From NCBI GenBank assembly GCA_964016885.1, contig OZ024742.1, forward strand, positions 236,716,001 to 236,780,000: a DNA stretch of 64,000 nucleotides. The letters are read 5' to 3'. Source of the DNA: Eledone cirrhosa (taxonomy: Eukaryota). Under the pieces are notes generated by a model that was given only the letters and a program-made list of their open reading frames with translations, was not told the origin of the DNA and ran no database searches. Shown here piece by piece: positions 57,775 to 64,000 of this stretch (within the stretch, counting starts at the first letter, position 1; each line of letters starts with the position of its first letter). Position numbers and translations under genes: made by a program.

Positions 57775-57971
57775 TGACATATATATACTAAAGCAAACTA
57801 TATTCTATTGGTTTCTACTGGCTAATGTTGACTGGTCAGAGCGGCGGCAAACCAAATATAACCAGTCACACGCCATATTGTTTCTTTTTGTAAAGGTTGA
57901 AACCTTTAATGGCAGGTGACTGATGTTTTGAATCACTATAGCTAACAGCATGGCTCCTCCTCCTCCACCTC

Positions 57972-58009
<38 letters not shown>

Positions 58010-58348
58010 GCTACTGCTGCTGCTGCTGCTGCCACTTCTGCTGCTACTACTATTTACGACAAAAACCAAAACACCAAGGTACTAAATGTTTTGAACATAA
58101 AAACAGTTTAGACACAACTTTTGGGGAGGGAAAGGTCAACCTCAGTACTGCACTGTCATGAAGGCTGTGCCCTCGGTCCTTAGAGTGGGTGGTGCGTTAT
58201 ATTCTTGAGGAAGATACTTCATTTCATGTTGCTTTTTAATGATAGGATTAGGGCCCCTAACATTAAAATACCCGAGAAATCTCCTTTGAGATGAAAGCTT
58301 ATAAGAGGCTAGGTAAACCTGTATAGATGAGCGCTGTAACATGATAGA

Positions 58349-58538
58349 CCATGCATGTTAAACATGCGACCCACGGGCCACATGCAGCCCTTTACAAGCA
58401 CACCTGCGGCCTGCACAAATGTTTTTACAGCGCGAGTGTAAATGTTGTAATGTGCCCAACTAGTTGTCATGCGTGGCCCTCAGACAACACATATGTGACC
58501 AATGAGACCCTCGGGGGACCCCCAGTTTGACATGCCTT
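58349..58538. mobile_element. hAT-type MITE
   Basis: catgcatgttaaac / gtttgacatgcct termini, gcggcc subterminal motifs, flanks gatagac / ggtagac. Confidence 0.6.
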
Positions 58539-58880
58539 TGGTAGACCGGTGTTATTTAATCTCAGAACGTAAAGCATCATGACAAAACACCACATAACAT
58601 TTTGTACGAGGTTTTATCGGTTCGGTAAATTCAATTATAATTTCCATTTAAAAAAAACATGCGTCGACTTGGGTGGGTGATTAAGAAGTCACGTGGTCTC
58701 AGGTACACTTCCGGTGAGTGGAATCTCGGGCAGGTGTCATCTACTATAGGCACAGATTGATCACTGACTTCTGAATGAAATTAGGCGGGCGAAACTGCAG
58801 CGGACCATCATATATATATAAATATATATATATATACACAATATATTAATAAATGGAAACTATATTTATAAAACCATAAT

Positions 58881-58945
58881 TATTTTATTATATATATTTC
58901 AAGGGCAACCAAGCCAGTTTTGGTGCGCTTTCATCAGATAAAATA
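58881..58945 (-). ncRNA. Type I hammerhead (family F) in element ~58842-59052
   Basis: TATTTTAT-CTGATGA-AAGcGCACCAA aactggc TTGGTtGCcCTT-GAA-ATATATAT-A-ATAAAATA. Confidence 0.88.
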
Positions 58946-59048
58946 CAAAATTTGTTTTATAAATAGTGACGTAGCCATGGAAAACAATCTTGACGGTTGA
59001 AAATTCGCTTTAAGTTTGTTGGAATCCCAACAAATTAAATATAACTTC

Positions 59049-59090
<42 letters not shown>

Positions 59091-59093
<3 letters not shown>

Positions 59094-59487
59094 GAGGGCA
59101 ATCCCAAAAGTAAGGTCTCCTTCCTATATTGCAACTTTTCCGTTAAAATCCTGTGTGTGGTGCTTCGGGAAACCCCAGGAACTAAAATGCAGAGAGCATC
59201 CAAAGTGATCCGCCGATCTTTATGCATGTTTTCCTCGGAAGGGGACCTTGCTTTTGGGATTGCCCTCGTATATAATAACTGTGTGAAATTCGCACTTCGT
59301 GGTAGCGTTCAACGGGAACTCCATTCTCAACGACTGCCAAGCCAAGATTGAGTATCCCACGAAGTGCGCGCATGCTTGTTTGGGAGTGAAGGAAACACCA
59401 ATCACAACAGTGTTGCCAACAGCCGTACGAACAGCTTCTCTGCGTCCCCATCGCTTTGGAGACCTTACTTTTGGGATTACCTTCGTA
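59091..59487 (-). mobile_element. Internally deleted mariner with three TIR copies
   Basis: tacgagggcaatcccaaaagtaaggtctcc at 59091; inverted copies at 59241-59270 and 59458-59487; DRRITLDALC...SRSTTHRILTEKLQYRK transposase remnant. Confidence 0.85.
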
Positions 59488-59507
59488 TATATATATATAT
59501 ATATATA

Positions 59508-59710
59508 TATTGTTATACTTTGGGAGGGTCTTGTTGCCAATAAGAAACACACGCACCAGTTGCTTTCACTTCAATTTATTATAATAAATTGAAGTGAAAT
59601 CAACTGGTGCGTGTGTTTCTTATTGGCAACATGACCCTCCCAAAGTATAACAATATCGGTTTCAACATACGATTTCAGATAAAGAATCTTGCTAAACAAA
59701 TTCAGAAACG

Positions 59711-59712
<2 letters not shown>
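59508..59712. mobile_element. Foldback element in (TA)n, homologous to 18945-19165
   Basis: ~72-bp arms centred at ~59581; shared tattgttatactt.gggagggtc. Confidence 0.8.
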
Positions 59713-59759
<47 letters not shown>

Positions 59760-59762
<3 letters not shown>

Positions 59763-60189
59763 CCAAAGATTAGTATGGTTCGTTGATTATGCAACGAATA
59801 CGATTTTACAATAGATTAGAAGCACTCAACTGAAAAAAGGTTTTCCTGGAGTTTTTAATATTATTCAAAATGGTAACAAATCAAAAATATTCTCATAATC
59901 AAAATATATACTTTATTATATATATTTCAAAGGTACTGTGTTGTTTTTTCAGTACGTCCTCATCAGACAAAATATATGATTTGATATATGACATACTGCT
60001 ACGGTCTTGATTATTCAAGACTGCACATTTTGGAATTGAATAATCAAGACCGTAGCGGTATATCATATATCAAATCATATATTTTATCTGATGAGGACGT
60101 ACTGAAAAAAACAACACAGTACCTTTGAAATATATATAATAAAGTATATATTTTGATTATGAGAATATTTTTCATTTGCTAACATTTTG

Positions 60190-60195
<6 letters not shown>
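59760..60195. mobile_element. Foldback family G with two hammerheads (59906-59975 -, 60079-60147 +)
   Basis: ATATTTTAT-CTGATGA-GG..GTACTG...CAGTAC.CTT-GAA-ATATATAT-A-ATAAAGTAT. Confidence 0.88.
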
Positions 60196-60229
<34 letters not shown>

Positions 60230-60231
<2 letters not shown>

Positions 60232-60436
60232 CGAAGGAATTGTGGTAAGGAACCAGATGGACCATAACGCACGAGAGTACTCAATACTTAGGAGTAGTAG
60301 AGTGGTAACAGGAAAAGGTATGACCCTGACGGCAGAGCTCAAGCCGTTTCGATGGCTATTTCTGGACAGAAATAGCTGTCCAGAAATAGCCGTCGAAACG
60401 GCTTGAGCTCTGCCGTCGGGGTCATACCTTTTCCTA
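60230..60436. mobile_element. Foldback family C, diverged copy
   Basis: Palindrome about aaatagc/gtcc; GAA-ACGGC ttgagctct GCCGT-C-GGGGTC. Confidence 0.82.
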
Positions 60437-60457
60437 TATATATATATATGTATGTAC

Positions 60458-60539
<82 letters not shown>

Positions 60540-60540
<1 letters not shown>

Positions 60541-61243
60541 TTTCTTAACTTTGTGTTTACTCTGGATGTGTTAACTTCTCGCTTCATTGAGTGCTTTCTT
60601 ACTGCCTCATACAATTCGATTAGTATCTGCTAAATTACAGCTTCATGTATCCGATTGATAAGTTGTTAGTTATTTTTTTGTTTATAGGTGCTAGTTGAGG
60701 GCTTTTATTTGAGGTTGTGAAAATCTCTGTTTACACCTTGAATATAACTACCTATAGTTCGGCCAGCTTGACCTTCCTGTTACGTGAAAGAAAGGTTACC
60801 TGACGATACAGGCAAATTTACTACTAAGCTATAACGCCTCTGTCACCAGACCGAAGCAAGGTGGATACATGGAACAAAGCCTGCAAACGAAGGGAATCCC
60901 AGTTCCATCGTGAAAATGCACACACGCCTTGCATATGCATTATGCAACACGTGGTGTAGCACCCAGCAGTCCCAGAAACCTATCGAAGAGTTTTAGTGAT
61001 TTCTATCGATTCTACTTGATATGGTTTAGGTTAGTCTTCAACCTATTTGTATTTATCCTTGTTGTGGTATAAGTATGATCACTACTTTTGGTCACTTTCT
61101 TTGCTGTTACACTTTCTTAAATTTGTGTTTACTCTGGATGATAATGTATTAATTTCTCGCTCAATTGAGTGCTTTGTGACCACCTCATACAGTTCGATTA
61201 GCATCTGCTATATTGCGGCTTAAACTCCGATTCATACCCAATG
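60540..61243 (+). mobile_element. Direct-repeat-bounded (~570-nt period) element carrying the shared bulged hairpin
   Basis: 60540-60660 is repeated (diverged) at 61112-61237. Confidence 0.6.
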
Positions 61244-61361
61244 TTATATATATAAGGATGTCATGTCTGAGAAACATGTGTCATACCACCTGTAGAATAA
61301 GTTCAAAGATTCTAAGGGATAAATCCGAGCATTTATTATCATTAAATTAAAAAATCGATTG

Positions 61362-61432
<71 letters not shown>

Positions 61433-61496
61433 ATGAGAAACGGAGAATCAGTGTTGCGACATACCGCTTACGGACACTTTAAGCATCCCCACACCA

Positions 61497-61527
<31 letters not shown>

Positions 61528-61548
61528 CATTCGACTTTTAATTTAATG

Positions 61549-61615
<67 letters not shown>

Positions 61616-61649
61616 AGGGGGAGCGAGTGAGTGAGTGTGTGAGAAAGAG

Positions 61650-63440
61650 ACAGAAATTTCGTAACACGAGGAAAGCGATTAAGAATATCGGCTCTCGCGT
61701 TAAGGGAAGCATTGTTACGTAACCTCTGCAAGATATTTGTTTTTTCATCAATGCACAACTTGTAGGACTTCGTTCTATTTCCCTATGGCTCGATTTGTGA
61801 ATATTTTCCATTGAAAGGAAAAATTCCCTCCTGCATCATTGAATGACCATTTGTGACTTCGTGGGGGATCGCTTGTCAGATTGCCTAAAAGTCGTCTGAT
61901 GGTTAAGGAAGCATGATCCTGGCTTTCTGCGAGAGCATCCGGCTGGTGGAACACTCTAGGGGATGGAATATCCGAATTTCATCCTGTGTCTGTTAAAGAT
62001 AGATCTGTACTTATGCCCTATAGGGAAGTGCTTGTCCATGAGCGCTAGGAATTTCTTACTTACATTAGTTCTTACTCAAAGCGAGAAGTGTGGGCAGAGC
62101 CAATTTATTATTTCTTTTACTATTTTTCTTTCTACTGTTAGTGTGATTAGGAGGGGAGTAAGGCATTTTATCGGAGAATCCGCTGTTGGCTAACGTGGTG
62201 TTGTAGTAAAGTGCCGCCCTGTCAGAGATAGTATCGCTAGAAGAAAGATTTAAGATCCTAGTGCGATGTTTTTGACGAAGTTTTTAAAGACCGTGTGCGG
62301 GTGGCATGAGTCCCTTGCGTATAAGTCATTCAGTTTGTGGAAACGTCTGAATGTGTGTGTGCAAAAGTCTAGGTTGATGTCTAAGTAATTTACACTAGTA
62401 AGATTAGTGACTACAAGGCTTTTAAGTCCTAACTCATTGTACGTGGCTATTAGGTTTTTCCTAATTTGGTCATGGTCTTAACTGTTCTTATGGCTCGATA
62501 TTGTCAGACCGTCGTCGCGTATAAACCCTTGTGGTAGTCTGGGAATTTGACTAGCAACGTATCTAATATATATAACCCAACCAAATCGCATACATCAGCA
62601 CTACCGAATGATCCCATTGAGATATCAAACAGTTTTGAGCTAGTTGAATTTTTGCTCAGGCTACTCCATTATTGAAAAGACGTGTTTTCCTGCTGTGGAA
62701 TATGATATGTTTGTCCACATCATAGACGAATGTGTACGTAGTCGCGAACTCCAAAGCTTTATACAACAAGGTTGCCGATATCAACGAGTAGAAGTTTACT
62801 ATGTCGAACTGGGTGAATTTAACTTGGTTGGTGTTGAAGGAGTTAAAGCACTTAACAACAGTGTTGCTTTTGTCCCACTGGGACCGGTTGGATTTCTTCC
62901 TAATGATCCCAATGGTCGTCACTAGTCATCTAAACATAGATTTGCTAACTAGCCCTAACTGTCTGTAATGGGTTTAACAGTCTGTAAGTGGGGTTAGTAG
63001 CAAATTCGGCCTTGTGTGCCTCACATTGTGCATTGATGAAAGAACACATATCTAGCAGAGGTTACGTAACAGTACTTGCCTTAGAAGGAGATTTTTTAAT
63101 CGCTTCTCCACGCTGCGAAATTTCTATGACATAACTCGAAGGACCCGAGCTTTAGCCCGCGCTGAACTATCACAAGAGATCGTTCTTCAGAAGTCCTCCC
63201 CCTACAACAGTCATACTCGTGTTAAGTCCCTTGTCACAGCCTCAACTTCTAGCATCTGCTGCGCAGAATCAAGCCAGCCCATAAATACTTCTGTCCCGCT
63301 ATAACGATGCATGAATTGAAGAATCCTTCAGATGAAAGGTGTGTTCTCAAGTACGGTTTGTTAATTTGTTATGGAACTAACTCTATACCAAACTTGTCCT
63401 TTGGATTGGGTGCTCTACCAACTTTGGATATGACCTCCCG
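61650..63440 (-). mobile_element. Second Naiad-type Penelope element, heavily degenerate
   Basis: QWDKSNTVVK..FTQFDIVNFYSLIS..L.KALEFA; FDISMGSFGSADVCDLVGLY; GLY.DDGL; endonuclease tail KLCIDEKTNIL...SLNARADIL. Right boundary approximate. Confidence 0.85.
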
Positions 63441-64000
63441 ATGTTTCCTTACTATATATATATATATATATGAATGGATGGACGGAAGGATGTGGTCGAT
63501 ATGATCAACCGCTAATTCTCTTTAATATGGTTCCTCAGCATAGCTGCGATTTAATGAGTGAAGTCAGTAAAAGAGTAAATAATTTGGTGAAATTACTGAA
63601 ACAAGTCACAGACAAATACACTATCATCTAGTTACCCTAGTTTCATGGATTATCTCTGGCAGTTATGGTCGCCATTACATACTTACACACTCGTCCTTTA
63701 AAGCTTGTGTCCCTTTCACACTTATGTCCCTACCATGTTACACTATATTTATTTACTTTCTCTATTTATTTATTTATTTACTTGGTTATCAATTTCATAG
63801 TTTTGTTTATCAAAAATATTTCTTTTTTTTTCTTTCTTTTCTTCGGTCTTTTTTCTTTCTTTTCTTCTTTCTTTCTTGGTTTTTACTTGTACCTCTCGTT
63901 TCTTTACCCCTCTCACCCCTCCTTCCATGTCTTTCCTTTTTTTGTGACGTTTTACTTTACAACGTTTCAATTTCTCCCACTTTCTCTCTCCCTGTCTCTC

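Overview
AT-rich, microsatellite-saturated eukaryotic non-genic DNA. The SINE/LINE complement suggests an octopus or other coleoid (inference). No host protein-coding gene is supportable, and most listed ORFs are translations of (TA)n, (CA)n, (GAA)n or (CAC)n tracts. The window is a pile of decayed mobile elements: Naiad-type Penelope-like elements (RT + GIY-YIG), L1/Tx1-like LINEs, R4/Dong-like, CRE-like and RTE fragments, a bipartite non-autonomous RTE derivative, mariner, hAT MITEs, a Helitron-like element and two SINE families. The main signal is non-coding. About 15 loci from roughly 10 sequence-unrelated families are short elements sitting in (TA)n tracts that carry type I hammerhead ribozyme folds, often with palindromic stem III. 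Many are foldbacks with both 3' ends pointing outward. Most families also share a second covarying structure downstream of the ribozyme: an RCUC/GAGY stem with a 2-nt (usually UU) bulge, about 45-110 nt from the 3' junction. I do not recognise this hairpin as described; it is a candidate recognition signal for Naiad-driven retrozyme mobilisation. All folds were parsed by eye, not computed.
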